Of a stretch of 64,000 nucleotides of DNA, positions 49,901 through 62,891 are shown one piece after another. Origin of the DNA: Guillardia theta CCMP2712 (lineage: Eukaryota; Protista; Cryptophyta); NCBI RefSeq assembly GCF_000315625.1, contig NW_005434593.1, positions 235,648 to 299,647 on the forward strand. The letters are read 5' to 3'. The position numbers were made by a program, and so were the translations under genes. Under the pieces are notes generated by a model. It was not told where the DNA came from, searched no databases, and was given only the letters and a program-made list of their open reading frames with translations. Every line of letters starts with the position of its first letter. The stretch's first letter is position 1.

Positions 49901-52900
49901 GGGCAGTACAAGGAGGAGCTTGGGTCGCACAACTGCAGCTCGTGCCCAGCAGACACCTACCTCAACTTCTCTGCCTCGAATACGCGACAAGACTGCGCCG
50001 TGTGTCCTGCGCATTCGAGCTCTCCAGTAGGGAGCGACAACATCGTAGACTGCCGGTGCAACAAGGGGTACACAGGTCCAGACGGGGGTCCATGCGAGGC
50101 CTGCCCGACGGGGAAGTACAAGAGCGTACTGGGGTCTTCGGGTTGTCAAACGTGTCCGAGATATTCGGATTCTCCCTTGGCAAGCATCGTTTTGTGGAAT
50201 TGTTCTTGCAATCAAGGATATTTTGGTCCCTTTGGTGACTCTGGCATCACGTTCACTTTTATCTTTGGTCATCAGTGTACGGCATGTGCAGTGGGCAAGT
50301 ACAAAAATACTTCTGGATCAAGCCTGTGCACTGATTGTCCGACATATTCCACTACGCCCTCACCAGCCAGTCCCAATAGGACGGATTGTACATGCAACGT
50401 AGGGTACAGCGGAAACGATGGAGAGAAATGTACGATCTGCTCGGCCGGGTACTACGCCGACGTCCCTGGACAGACGCAGTGTACGGCATGCGACGCCGGC
50501 ACCTACTCAGACCAGGAGGGCTCGACCTACTGCACGGCCTGCACGGGGAACGCAAGCTCGCCGGTAGCAAGCGACAACATCACAGCGTGCCTGTGCTTGC
50601 CGGGGTACACGGGCAGCTACGCGGAGGGTTGCAGGGCTTGCGAAGTCGGGAAGTACAAGCTTGTCAACGGGACGGACACCTGTACGCCATGCGCGGTCGG
50701 GACATACAAGAACATGTCCGGGCCGGGGGCTTGCTACGAGTGTCCGGCGCACTCGTCGACGGCCAACACGAGCAGCGTGTACTTGACGGACTGCCAGTGT
50801 ATCCCTGGATACTGGGGTCGCAACGGTCACGCTTGTGATGCCTGCATTCCAGGGCAGTACAAGGAGGAGCTTGGGTCGCACAACTGCAGCTCGTGCCCAG
50901 CAGACACCTACCTCAACTTCTCTGCCTCGAATACGCGACAAGACTGCGCCGTGTGTCCTGCGCATTCGAGCTCTCCAGTAGGGAGCGACAACATCGTAGA
51001 CTGCCGGTGCAACAAGGGGTACACAGGTCCAGACGGGGGTCCATGCGAGGCCTGCCCGACGGGGAAGTACAAGAGCGTACTGGGATCGTCGGGTTGCGTC
51101 AGCTGCAGTCCAAACTTCTACGTCAACACCTCCGCTGCTACTGTTTGCCTTGCCTGCCTGTCAGGGAGCGTCTCTAACGAGGGAGACTTCGGATGCATCT
51201 GCGACAGGGGGTACGAGACTACTAGCGACCTCCTCAACCCATGCAGAGCCTGCACTTCCGGCTCGTTCAAGCCTTTGAACGGCTCAGGTCAGTGTGTCCT
51301 CTGTAGCCCAGGCACATACAACAACGTGAGCGCCGCCAGCTCTTGTGCGCAGTGCGACCCTGCGATGAAGATGTCGGAAAATCTTCTACTGGCCTGTCAG
51401 TGCGATCCCAGTTGTAAAGTGGCATGCGACAGGAACCAGCACGCATGTTTCCTCAGTCAGAGGGGAGGCTACAATCAGTCTGTGAACGTGTGTGCGCTGA
51501 GAGGAGGGATTTTGATTGAGAGAGGTAACCAGGCCGATCACTGCTGAAACGTGAACTAATCTTGTTTCTGCAGGAAACCTCTCCGTGTATCCTGTGGACA
51601 TATCCCGAGTCCTGGCGTTGATCTCTGCCTTTGAAGGCTACTACTGGACTGGAACGACCCAGCAGGCAGACTCGCTGGGGAGGGACTGGTGCTCGCTGTC
51701 GCGCTGGATCGCGGGCTCCCTCGATGTCGGGCCTCGCGGCTTTAACACTTACATGGCCGAATGCGACTCATCTCACTACTCGGTGTGCATGATCTGCGAA
51801 GAGAACTACTGGCTGGAAGTCCAGGGATCCACGTTTTCCTGCAAGCTCTGCCAGTGTGAAGCCGGCTCCTATAAGAACTCGAAGTGCTATGGCAGAGACA
51901 ATGGATGCGCTTTGTGCCCCGGCGGCACCTATGCTGTGGGACAGACGACAACCTGCCTGTCGTGTACAGCTGGGAAGTACGTGGGCACTGACGCATGCAA
52001 ACATTCTCTGACTCTCGCTGACAGGTACAGCCTTGCTGGTGCAACCTCATGCTCCTCGTGTGCCAACGGCACGTCGACCAAGCTCGGGGACTCAGTCTGC
52101 TATGACTGCGCTGCAGGATGGTTTAGTGTCGGCGACGGTTGCGAGAGGTGCCCTGTCGGGCAGACATCTGTCAGGAAATCTTCCTCGTGCGCTCCCTGTG
52201 CCCCTGGCTATGTGACGCCCTTCTCCACCTTCTGCGAGCCCTGTCCAGCTGGGAAGTTCTCTCCCAACTCGACTCAGCTCTGCCAGCTCTGCCCCAACGG
52301 AACTTTCTCGGAAGCCGGTTGGTCAGTCTGTCAAGCTTGTCCAGTTGGAAAATTCGCTGGATCGAGTGGAAGAAGTTCCTGTACCAACTGCGAGATCGGC
52401 AAAAGTTCTACCTCCGGCCAATCCACATGCTCGGGATGTGTCCCTGGAAAGTTCTACCGGGCCAGCGACTTGACTTGCGCGTCATGTGCCACGGGGACGT
52501 ACTCGAACTCTTCTCAGTCTACGTTCTGCTGGTGATGAGGAGGAGGTCGAGTCGCTAGTCAAGCTGACTGTGTTGTTAGGTTGTGTTCTCCTGGTTTCTC
52601 CTCGGACACCGACTCGAGCACCTGTTACTCCTGCCCATCTGGGAAATATTCTCAGCTCGGATTTGCCGCCTGCCGTAATTGTGAAGCAGGAAAGTTTGGG
52701 GTGGAGGTCAATGCCACCACCTGCATCCTTTGTGCTGCTGGGAATTACTCCAACATCTCGGGAGCCAGCTCACCAGAGGCTTGTTCTACTTGCAGTCAGG
52801 GATACTTCTCGCTGGTTGGGAGCTCGTCCTGTGCAGCTTGTGCGGTTGGAAAGATCTCTAACGTACCAGGAGCAACGTACTGCACCGACTGTCCCGCAGG

Positions 52901-53905
52901 CAAGACGTCAGTCAGCGGGTCCTCTAGCTGCTCCGCTTGCCCAAAAGGGAAGTACTCGACAGGGGGAGGCGACTGCAGCCAGTGCGAAGCAGGGAAATAT
53001 TTCTCAGATACAGGGGCTACGTCATCTACTTTCTGTCTGGCCTGTTCGCAAGGATCATACTCGCCCCGGGGGTCAGCGACGTGCACCTTTTGCAAGGAAG
53101 GACAGATTGTGTCAGCTTCCAAGGATGGGTGCACGTCCTGCAATCTACCAGTGAAGGACGTCAAGTGGACCAATGCTGGTGTGGACTGTAGTTGGACATG
53201 CCCGGAAAAGAAGTATGACGCATGGCTGTGCTGTGTCCCAGCTTGAAGGTTCTGACCTCTTCGCAGCTTCAGGTGGGTACGTGACAAGTACTTCGTCCAG
53301 TGCTTCCCTTGTCCCTTCGACGCACCGATACCTGGTAGAGCGAGGCAGTACCGGACTTGAAGGACCTGACTACGTGCTCAGACGGTGAAACCTGCACCTG
53401 CCCACCCTCTGCCCCCTTCCTACGTGTCTACGTGAAGGCAGATCCAAGTGACAAGGTTAGAAGGTTTCTGACTTGACGTCTGATCCCATTCCGCAGGGTT
53501 CCTCGTTCCTTCTATCGTCTCTGTCCAGTGTGTGTCCGAGGACAAGGGAATACCGCAAGTAATGTGCTCCTTCCCTTCTCCTTTCCTCGTCCACCCCTCC
53601 TCCCTGATTCTCTCTCTCCTCTTCTCCTTCTTGCCCTTCTCTCCTTCTCCCCTACTCTATCCTCTCTCTCTCTCGCTCTCCTCCCTTCTCTTGCTCTCCA
53701 TCCTCCTTATCCTGCTCCTTTCAGCCCATTGGAGACATGCCTCCCTCCAAGCCTGCCAAGTGGTGCTGCTCCACCAACAACGCTACCTGCAGCACCCAGA
53801 GGTCAGTTGGGGAGCTGCTGAGGACGACACTGAAGGAGATGGCTGTGCAGGTGCAGCGAATGTTGGGTTCCTTACAACAACCCTCCTGACATTCCAGTCT
53901 GCTGA
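46964..53905 (+). CDS. Giant secreted Cys-rich protein: LamG/ConA-like domain, many GCC2_GCC3/ephrin-receptor-like repeats, C-type-lectin-like domain, further Cys-rich repeats
   Basis: Signal peptide. LamG motifs FTVEFWVK, WHHVAIV and DFRMWNTARS. CxxCxxGxY repeats. Lectin-like ACFLSQRGGYNQSVNVCALRGG..YYWTG..ECDSSHYSVC. ORFs 46964, 51585 and 52581 are linkable by short introns. No TM seen at the C-terminus. Confidence 0.85.
47924..51090 (+). repeat. Coding tandem repeats: 405-bp (135-aa) units plus a 951-bp-offset higher-order duplication
   Basis: Unit start GCCGGCACCTAC at 47924, 48329, 48734, 49139, 49544 and 50495. Confidence 0.97.
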
Positions 53906-53984
53906 AGGGAAAGTTGAATTTGAAAAATGTTATGTTACATGTTTCTTCCTGTCCTCCTACAACTTCCTGCATGCCCGGCTGCCT

Positions 53985-56900
53985 GTCTGCCTCATACAGA
54001 CATTGACAGACTCTGACGGCTCCTGCCGGTCCTGGCTCGCATCGATCGCTGCGCGTCGTCGAATGTAGCGAAAGTCACGTTACCAACCGGAGTCTGCGGT
54101 AGGAGTGAGAAGGGAAGGGATACGAGCGACTATACTGAAGGGTCTTGACCGACGATAGAAGCAGTCCAAACACCTATAGAGAGGTTGTTTCCTATTCGCT
54201 CCACAGTCAGTCACCCCGGACTGAGTTGAGGCAGTGGAAGTTACGGCTGTTTGGGGAGAGAGCCTTTGGTGACCTCCGCACCTCCTGTTGACGAAACATT
54301 ATGACCCGTTGCAGCTCTACAAACAAGTCGAGGAATGTTTGAGAAACATGTTGAAGACATCATCATCAACATCAAGGACAACACTTCAAGGAATATCACG
54401 GAAACCAACTCGTCAGTTTTCAGCGAATGTCTCCAACCTTGAAGTTGTAAGAAATCTCTTCAGGTCGTATGCTGCTCTGTACATCTGCTCGACAATTCTC
54501 TATCTCACGCTCTATCATCTCCAAAATTTTTGCCGCATGATCTTCGGTAGCAGAGCTCTGGTCCAACAATCTGATCTTTTCCTTCACGCTTCCCATTGCC
54601 TTCAACGCTCGTCATGTCATGTATGTGAACTCGTTAACTCACCTTAAATCCAACGACGTAATGTAACGAACGCAACAATCTGTGATGATGTGCAGAGCTT
54701 GCAAAGCAGTGTAACGTAGCAAACAGTAACTTCTTGTCCACACTGAACGAGAGCAGAAAGTCAGCTCTTGTTGCTGTCATCGTGAACGAGTACTCACTTG
54801 ACCTCGTCAAACGTCAAAAACTGACATAGCTCTTCGATGAGACCGAGGGTGACAGTAAATGACAAAAGTCTGCAAATCAACGGAGGCGTCACCAGCCCCA
54901 AACTTCAACTCCTCTTACCTTTCAATCCTTGTTCTCTCCATGTTCGCTCTCGTGGAGATGAGTTGCAGAAAGATACCGATCGCTTGATCTGTGATCTTGA
55001 GCAACAACATGTCAAACTTTCATCTTCAATCAGTCAGGCTCACTTCGACGTCCCTTCCTTTCAACAGTGTGAGACACAGGGAAAGGAAACCTTTCTCTGA
55101 TGCGCATTCCCAACCTACTCGTGAACTTCATCATCTTCATCCCACCACGCTCACTTGACCTCGTTCACAGTCGCTCGACAGCCGCACTGAGGCCAAGAGG
55201 TTGGCAAGCACGTGACCCCTGACCTGCTCTTGGGAGGATGAAAATTCCTCTATAACATCAATCTACATTCATCACCAACAGAATATGACGTTGCAAAATG
55301 TCTCACCAAGACTTTTACTCTGTCAGGATGCTCCGCAAAAGCCTTCCTTGCGGGAATGGAACCCGAGAGCAGGTTTCGAAAGCAAGCACACGCAGAGGAG
55401 AGGAGAAGAGGGTCGCGGTCTGCGAAGCTGCGCAGGTAGTGCTGCGAGACTAACTATCAGCTGGTCGAGAGCTGAAGGAGGGGAGGTTACCTGAATGACT
55501 AGAAACACTTGCTGTACCAGGTCGGCTTCAAGTAGCAGGCTCTGGAGTAGAGTCGGTACACTATGTGACATGTTCACACAAAGTAACGAGAATCTCGCTT
55601 GATGACGTGGCAAGGGAGGCGCAAGCTCCGAGGACCTGAGAGAAAATTTCAATGGAGGAAGACGAGAAGATGGAGAGATGGAGTAAGGAGAGGAGGAGGA
55701 GGAGGAGGAGGAAGAGGAAAAATGAGGATGAGGGTGAGGGAGATCAAAACGGAGAGAACGAGAAAAAGGAAGACGAAAATGGAGAAGTAGGAAGAAGAAC
55801 AGGAAAAGGAAGAGGAAGAGGAGGAAGAGGAGGAAGAAGAAGAGGAAGAGGAAGAAGAGGAGGAAGAGGAGGAAGAGGAGGAAGAGGAAGAGGAAGAAGA
55901 GGAGGGGGGGGGGAGGAGGAGGAGGAGGTGAAGGGAAGGAAGAGGAAGAATAAGGGAAGAGGAGGAGGAGCAGGGATATGAGAAAAGAGGAACCTGGGTT
56001 CTAGTGGCGGATGTGCCTCGATGAAGCAGCCAGTCAAACACAGAAACAATCCCCTGGCGTTGTTATATGTAAGGAGTGAGAGAGCAATGAGGAAGTCTGA
56101 CTAGTTGAACGCTGAGCTTCCTGGATTCGGGGACATCTAAGACAAGTGTGAGAGGCAGGCAAAGTCAGTCGGTCAGTCAGTCAGTCAGTCAGTCAGTCAG
56201 TCAGTCAGTCAAGTAGCTCCAGAGTTCTTCACCTGCAAGTAGCATGCGGATACATGAGACTGCGTTTGGGACATAACCCTCTTCCCCGTTGGACCTTTCG
56301 CACGCTGAGGAAACTCAAACCACACGAGCAGCAGCTGCACCTGTAGTTGTGCGGGTCTGACAGCAGAGATTGCTCGACGTCGCTGGATTCGAGCTCATGC
56401 TTGGCATAGGGAAGTTTGAACGTCTTGACGTTGCAAAGAAACCATGTTCCTATTACATGCAAGGTCAGTGCAGAGTTGCATGAGCCCTGTCTGCTCTCGC
56501 CTGTAATGAGCTGCAGAAATATTCGCAGCCCACCACTTGTGAAGAAAATTCGCTTCAGGAAAGCTTCAGGAACAAGAACTCAGAGAGCTATAGTCTTCTT
56601 ACTTTTCCATCTACATTGTTGACAAGAAGATTTCTCATTGCTGTCACAACAAACTCTGATGTTCTTGTACAACTTTCATCACAAAGAGACGACAATCCCT
56701 CCTGATTGCTAATCAAACGCTGTAGAACATCTAGTCTACAAACGACCTTGAACGTGATCTTCAGACGAGTTATCAGCGCTCCAATGGCGCCGCTCACTGT
56801 CAGCTGTCTTTGTGCATACTCGTTCTGGAAGCTCAGATTTTGTACAGCAATAATCGCTTGCAGGACAACATGTCCTGACACTTTCGCATCGTCTGCAGAA

Positions 56901-57793
56901 TGTCAGGGTAGCGTTTGACACGTAAATAGCAAGTGACCGATGACGCGAACGATTTCTTTGTGACCACTCGCATTGATGATTCTCTCTCCACGCTGTTCAG
57001 GATGACACCTGCATTTGTTTTTCAATCGTTTCCATCATTCCTACTGCGCAAAACGACATACATTGCAAGATTGCAAAGAATTCCTACACAACACTCGGCG
57101 ACTTCAGGTGTTGCATACCTGTTCAGAAGTTCAGCATGAAAGCATCTAACAACATACACGTTATCAGTCTACTTGCTCCTCTCTGCCAGCGTTCTACAAA
57201 CTTCCTCTACACTCCTGTTCTCCTTCAACGTAGCGAGCTGTAAACACATCGTCAGTTGAAGTTGAGGGAAGTTATTGTACAACCCTTCCAGTCTCTGAAG
57301 TCGAGCAGTTGTAGACTAGCCTGACCGTCACCTCGGCCAACTTTCTCCAATGCACTTCAAACGATCTTTCATTGATGATGCGCAGCAGCCGCAAGAATCT
57401 CCCGAGCAGCCCTGAACGGCTCTGATCACAACTAGCTCCTCCTCCTTCATCTGCTACTCCTCACCACTGCTGACAACATGGTGTACCCCGGTCTCCGACG
57501 TCACCTACGGCAAGCACTCTTACACGCTCGATCGTCCCCATCTCAACCCCAACAACGGACATGTCGCAGAGCTCGAAGGCGATGGGTGGCTGCAGAGAGG
57601 TAGGCTGGTTTGAACCCTGCTCTGCTGTCACTCCCTCACATGATAGCCGCAAGCCCTCATCGTGTCATGTTACCGCTTATCGTCAGCTTCTTGTCTACTT
57701 CCATCTGCTAGATCAGTCATGGGACTGCACCAGGGAGCAACAGGAGCGAACCAGCTCGAAGACTAAGTCAACTTCGCGGATTGCTTCTGCCAT
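53985..57793 (-). CDS. Armadillo-repeat protein with a coiled-coil/low-complexity C-terminus (many short exons; may be more than one gene)
   Basis: ARM-like VVLQAIIAVQNLSFQNEYAQRQLTVSGAIGALITRL, FVVTAMRNLLVN and FFTSGGLRIFLQLI. Start MAEAIREVDLVFEL. Confidence 0.55.
56164..56211. repeat. (TCAG)n microsatellite
   Basis: Direct reading of the sequence. Confidence 0.9.
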
Positions 57794-57984
57794 GTTGATG
57801 GTGAGGAGAGGAGGAGACACGGAGGAGATAAAGTTCGTACGATCCTCCCCCTCCTCCCCCCTTACCTCCTCCTCCCTCCTCTCCCCTTCCCTGTTCTCCC
57901 CTCCTTATCCATCCCATCCCATCCCATCCCATCCCATCCTATCGTCCATTTGGCGACTTTTCTTTCTCAGTCTCCTACCTCACC

Positions 57985-58110
57985 TCTCCTGCTCTCTCCT
58001 GCTCTCTCCTGCTCCCTCCTGCTCCCTCCTGCTCTCTCCTGCTCTCTCCTGCTCTCTCCTGCTCCCTCCTGCTCTCTCCTGCTCTCTCCTGCTCCATCCT
58101 GCTCCCTCCT
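57985..58110. repeat. (CTCCTGCTCT)n 10-bp tandem repeat
   Basis: Direct reading of the sequence. Confidence 0.9.
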
Positions 58111-58917
58111 CTTCTCTCACCATCGCATAGCTCCTCCAAGGAGCCGTACGCCGCCATTGCGCCCGATCGCCCCCTTTCCATGGGAACCCGCAGAAAGAAA
58201 ATTTTGAAAAGTTGAGCCGGGGTATCGGAGTAGGGAGGGAGGGACCGCGTGGAAGGAGGAGGAGGAGCAGGAGGAGGAGGGGGAGGAGGAGGAGGAGGAG
58301 GAGGAGGAGGAGGAGGGAGGGAAGGAGGGAGGAGGTGCCAGAGGGCAGGGAAGAAGTAGCAGGGAGCCAGGGGGGGGGAGGAGGGGGAAGAGAAAAGCCA
58401 GGGGGGGGCGGGGGGAGGAGGGGGGAAGCCAACGTTCAGAGGAAGGGCGGCAGACAACTGCGGCGAGATGGAGCAAGAAGCATGTTCACAAAAATGGCGG
58501 GAAACGGAGGGAAGGGACGAGGAGAAGGTGAGGAGAGAGAGAGGGAGAGGGGAGAGAGGAGGCGAAGGGAGGGAGGGGAAAGAAAGGGAGTGAAGGGCGG
58601 GAAGGGAAGGGGAGGGGAGGAGGGGAGGAGGGGAGCGGGGGACGAGATTTGCGTGGTTTCCTTCCTCCATACCCTTCTAGCCTACAAAGCAATCTCTTCC
58701 TCACCTATTCTTTCCCTTCCCTTCTACTCCCTCCCCTTCTCTCACAGCTTCTACCCTCACCACTTCTCCCCCACATTCTACCTCTTCACATGAAACCATA
58801 AGGAAAACTCTCGTTGCGCACGGGTAGACTTGTGTCAAGATAGCACGAAAGGAGAAGTTCTTATTCAAGATCTCAGAGAAGTAAGAAATACACGGGAGGA
58901 GACAACAACAGCCGCTA

Positions 58918-59984
58918 TCAAGCCTTGAGCACGCTTTGTATATCCTCAGAATTCATCGATCCAATCATCTGCCCCACCATTTCACCCTTGCAGCCAACAA
59001 GACAATATCGAGCTCACCGTCATAAACTCAGCATCCCTGTAGTCTTTGATCAACATCTTACAACCAACCTGCCCAGCCCGTCACCGCCATACCCGCCAGC
59101 AGGCAGCAACTCTTACCGATGTCAGTGTGTCCGCATGCTGACTTGTCAAAATCCCAACTGTGAAGGCTCCCGACTTGACGCCAGCCGTCGCTCCTGACGG
59201 CGAGTCTTCCACCACCACTGTCTCCTCCGGCTTCAGCCCCAGTCGCTCCATCGCGATCTGGTAGGGCATCGGGTCGGGCTTGGCCTTCTTGCACTCGTCC
59301 CCGATGACGATGGTGTCAAACCAGTCCAGCCTTCCCAGCACTGACAGCATGAACTCTGCGTTCTTGCGCGGGGCGTTGGTGACAGCAGCCTTTTTGATCC
59401 CTGCCTGGTCGAGGAAGTGGAAAATCTCCTGCAGGCCTAGGATAGGATCAGCACACAGGAGGAGGGGGCATGCAAGGGAAGATCGGGGGACCTTCAATGG
59501 GTTTCAGCTTGCCTACTGCCATCTCTCTGAATCTCGCTTCCTTCATCTCACTCCATCGCTCGGCCTGCTCCACCGTCCAGTGCGGGAAGAGGTCCTTGCA
59601 GATAAGCGCGTTCTGCCGTCCTGCTATCATGGTGCGAAAGAAGTGCTCGTCGATGGGTTTGCCGCCATTGATCCCCTCCTTCATCAACAGCTCCTGGAAG
59701 ACTTCAAAGTGCACAGGATCAGAGTCGCACAGCGTCCCATCCACGTCGAACAGGATGCCTCGGACGGCTCCAGGACCTGAAGCAGCTTGAACCGCCGTTC
59801 GGGTCATCTTGAACCAGGGATGCCGCAGGGAGGGCGGCGGCTGCAAGGAAGGAGGAGAGGACCTGAGAGAGTGGGGAGGAGGAGGAGGAGGAGACTGAGG
59901 AACGAAGCTCTCTACAGCTGCCAGGCTGGCGCATAGCAGCAGCAGCACCCGGCCCCTCCGTGCACCGCCTGCATTCCCCGACAT
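58918..59984 (-). CDS. Plastid-targeted HAD-superfamily hydrolase (CbbY/Sgpp-like sugar phosphatase)
   Basis: Motif I FDVDGTL, motif II VTNAPR, motif III KAKPDP, motif IV VEDSPSG. Presequence LLLLCASLAAVES-FVP is a signal peptide with Phe at +1 followed by a Ser/Pro-rich transit peptide. Confidence 0.9.
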
Positions 59985-60285
59985 ATAAAGGTGGGTGAAC
60001 CCTCATCCCCACCTAGTTTGGAGTTTCACTGAGTCAGCTGTGAGTCAGTAGCAGGCCAGAGCAGGCCAGGTAGCAGGCCAGAGCAGGCCTGGTACCAGGC
60101 CAGTAGTCTGAGTCAGTTCACGGATGAGTCCTCCCCGACGGACGCTGATCGGAGCGGCCAGAGCCTTGGCCAACACTCAGTTTTTCCTGCAGAAGTTCCT
60201 GTGCAGAGTGAGTCCGATCCAACAGCTTCCATGTTTCTTCATTGATTAATATTTCTTAAACAACAGTACAGGAGGGGCTTGACCT

Positions 60286-62891
60286 CTATTGGTTGGAACT
60301 CTCGCTCCACTCTATTCCTGGCACGCTCTGCCTAGCGACTTGACAGGCTCTCATGATCGGAGTCAGGACAGTCAGCGCCTGCAACGACGGAACAAGTCAG
60401 TGTCCATTGAACAACAGCCAGACACAGCGAGGAAGGCGGAGGGATGTTTTGTCAGAACGATGAGGTATTGGAGAAGGACGAGGTATTTGAGGAGGAGGAG
60501 GAGGAGGACACATACCTTCTCTTTGGCAAAGTCGAGCCTCCTGGATCCCTCGAGAGAACGTCTGAGCTGCGATATCTTACCCATGACATGCACATCCTTC
60601 CGATGGGACTTGAGCATGCTCTGGAAGTCTGACTTTGAACCACCCTTGTGACAGGGCCAGAGCGAAGGCCGAGATCGCATGTCCTCGTTGAACTCGTCCT
60701 CTTGCGCAAAGTCGTAGACAAAGATGACTCGCTCCAGCCTTCCCCACTCGTCGAAATCTCGGATCGTGGTGACTTTGACTATCATTCCGTCCACTTTCCC
60801 GCCCACTCTCCCGATGATGGGCCAGTACCGCACGGTGTTCTTGGAGGTGCAGGACGAGCAGATGTCCAGGAGGATAGTCAGGTAGTCCAGCTCAGACCAA
60901 GGGAGGTCGACCTCGTTGCGCAGGAAACGGCATTTGAACTCTTCATGGTGGAGCCCAAAGAGGTGACTGAGCGTTGGCCCGAACCGACATCCAGCTCTGT
61001 CCCCTGTGCTCTTGTTAGTCTCGAAGGCGATCCATCGGTCGTGCCCGAATCTTGATTGGAAGCTGTTGTAGATGTCTTGGGAGGACTCCTCCAAGTCACC
61101 GGGCTTCGCCGAGGATTGAGTGAGGAGCTTGTTGTTGGCTCGGGTGGACTGCAAGCGAACGAGAAAGCTCAGATCTGAGATCCCATCGTTGAGAACCTTG
61201 AGGAGATCGTTGGGCAGGTTCTTGAACAGTTTGAGCAGAGTGCTCGAGTGGCATCCGAACTCCCAAGACCGTTTCATCATCATCGGGTTGATGCCGATGA
61301 CCGTCGAAGCTTGCAAAAGTGCTTGAAAGTCCGGACTCTTGGCGTCCTCAAACGTCATCGAGCAATCAAGTGACAGCGGGCACTCGATACTCTCCGGGGT
61401 GAGGAAGCTCACGTTTCCGTTAACCTTCGCGTCGCACTTCGATCCAACTCCCCGCAGCAAACAGTTCCCACAGGGCAGCAAGCCGTTGCATCTCTGCTTC
61501 TTCCTCCTACACTCACTGCATGCTCCGTTGGTCAGCCTTGACGGCCTCGTCCTCGCCTTGGAGCTTGTCAACGTTGGAGGTGGTCCAAGCAGCAAATCGA
61601 AGTTAGAATGAGGCTGCATTGCAGATTCGTGCAATACATTCAAATTATTCCAAGAGTTTTCAAGTCCCCTGACACCAACAGGATAGCCGACAGTTTGATG
61701 ATAGGTGACGTCACCATATTCCACCATCTGAGCAGCATTCGAGAAATGCCCGTTTGAGACTGCAGAGTGTTTGATCAGACAAGCCTCGAAAGTGTTGGGT
61801 GCCCCACTCTCGAGAGAGGTGGAGAAACGTAGAGCAGGATTTGTCCCGGTGAAGAACTGATCCGAGTGGCCATAGTTTTCAACACACTGCTGGTCAAGCC
61901 CTTGAAATCCATCCTCATTTTCGTTGGCCACAGGCGTGAAGATTGAGCTGAGGCCGACCTGGTTCAATTCTTGACAAGCATGAAATGGCGAAACGGAGAG
62001 GGGAGAGGCTGAAGGTGGCGCGTTGAGGGAGGAGCCGCTGCCAGAACAAGAACTGATGCTCGCAGAACTCTGAGAGCCTTGCATGAGAGAGCTCGGCGTA
62101 GACTGACGCTCGAAAGATTCTTCCGTACACGAAGAGAGCCAATCTGAAGAAGGACTCGAGCGACAGTCGACAGGTCGGGCGATCTCCGAAGCGCCAACGT
62201 AACTGGTTTTGGTGTAGCTAGAAGCATTGTCGTTCGCTGATATCGAAAATGTCGTGAGCGCTGAGCTGTGCGGTGGTTCTGAAACATGGTCGAAATGGAA
62301 TTGCGATGAACTGTTGGGTACATTATTTCCATCTGGCACGGCGAAGGGAAGCGGGCCAGGCTCGAAAATCGCGGGGGTGTACGTTGGAGCAGGGACGGCA
62401 ACAGAGGAAGAGGAGGAGAAATATTGATCGTTTGCAAATGGTTGATTCATCGGTTGTGGGGAGGGATCCTCGTCGGCAGTGATCTGTCCGGGCACAAACT
62501 GAGTTGTAGGGACTTGCTGGGGAAAGGGGTAATTTGCTCCGAACTGGTACGGTGCTCCATACAAACCATGCTGGACAGGGTCTGATGCTGCGAGTGGCTC
62601 ATGGTAAAATGGTGGTGCCAGTGAGAAATTCGCACCATTTTGTGATGAAACTTCGAACGCCGTGGCATTGTTCGTCGGCATATGCGGTATATTCCCATCA
62701 TGATTGTTCTGGCAGGGATTCCATTGATCTGGCTGTGTCTCTGGCCACTGCAACCCTTGGTAGAGGTTTGGTTCAAGCACTTGAGAGTGAGTTTCAAGGT
62801 AGGGTAAGTTGGCTCGATGTACAACATTATCTTCATCAGTGCTTGGATAAACTGTGGGATGAACGTTGGTGTTCATCTCAATCTGTTGCAA
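60286..62891 (-). CDS. Zn(II)2Cys6 binuclear-cluster transcription factor
   Basis: ACSECRRKKQRCNGLLPCGNCLLRGVGSKC fits CX2CX6CX5CX2CX8C. Long disordered P/Q/S-rich N-terminus. The last intron lies near 60379-60515. Confidence 0.85.

Noticed and set aside
47809-50272. 692-aa alternative-frame and 552-aa antisense ORFs in the repeat region
   Set aside because: A stop-free frame in one 405-bp unit is simply propagated by the tandem repeats; the Arg-rich composition is typical of shadow frames.
55650-55980. Arg/Gly- or Ser-rich ORFs
   Set aside because: GA-rich low-complexity tract, most likely intronic within the ARM gene.
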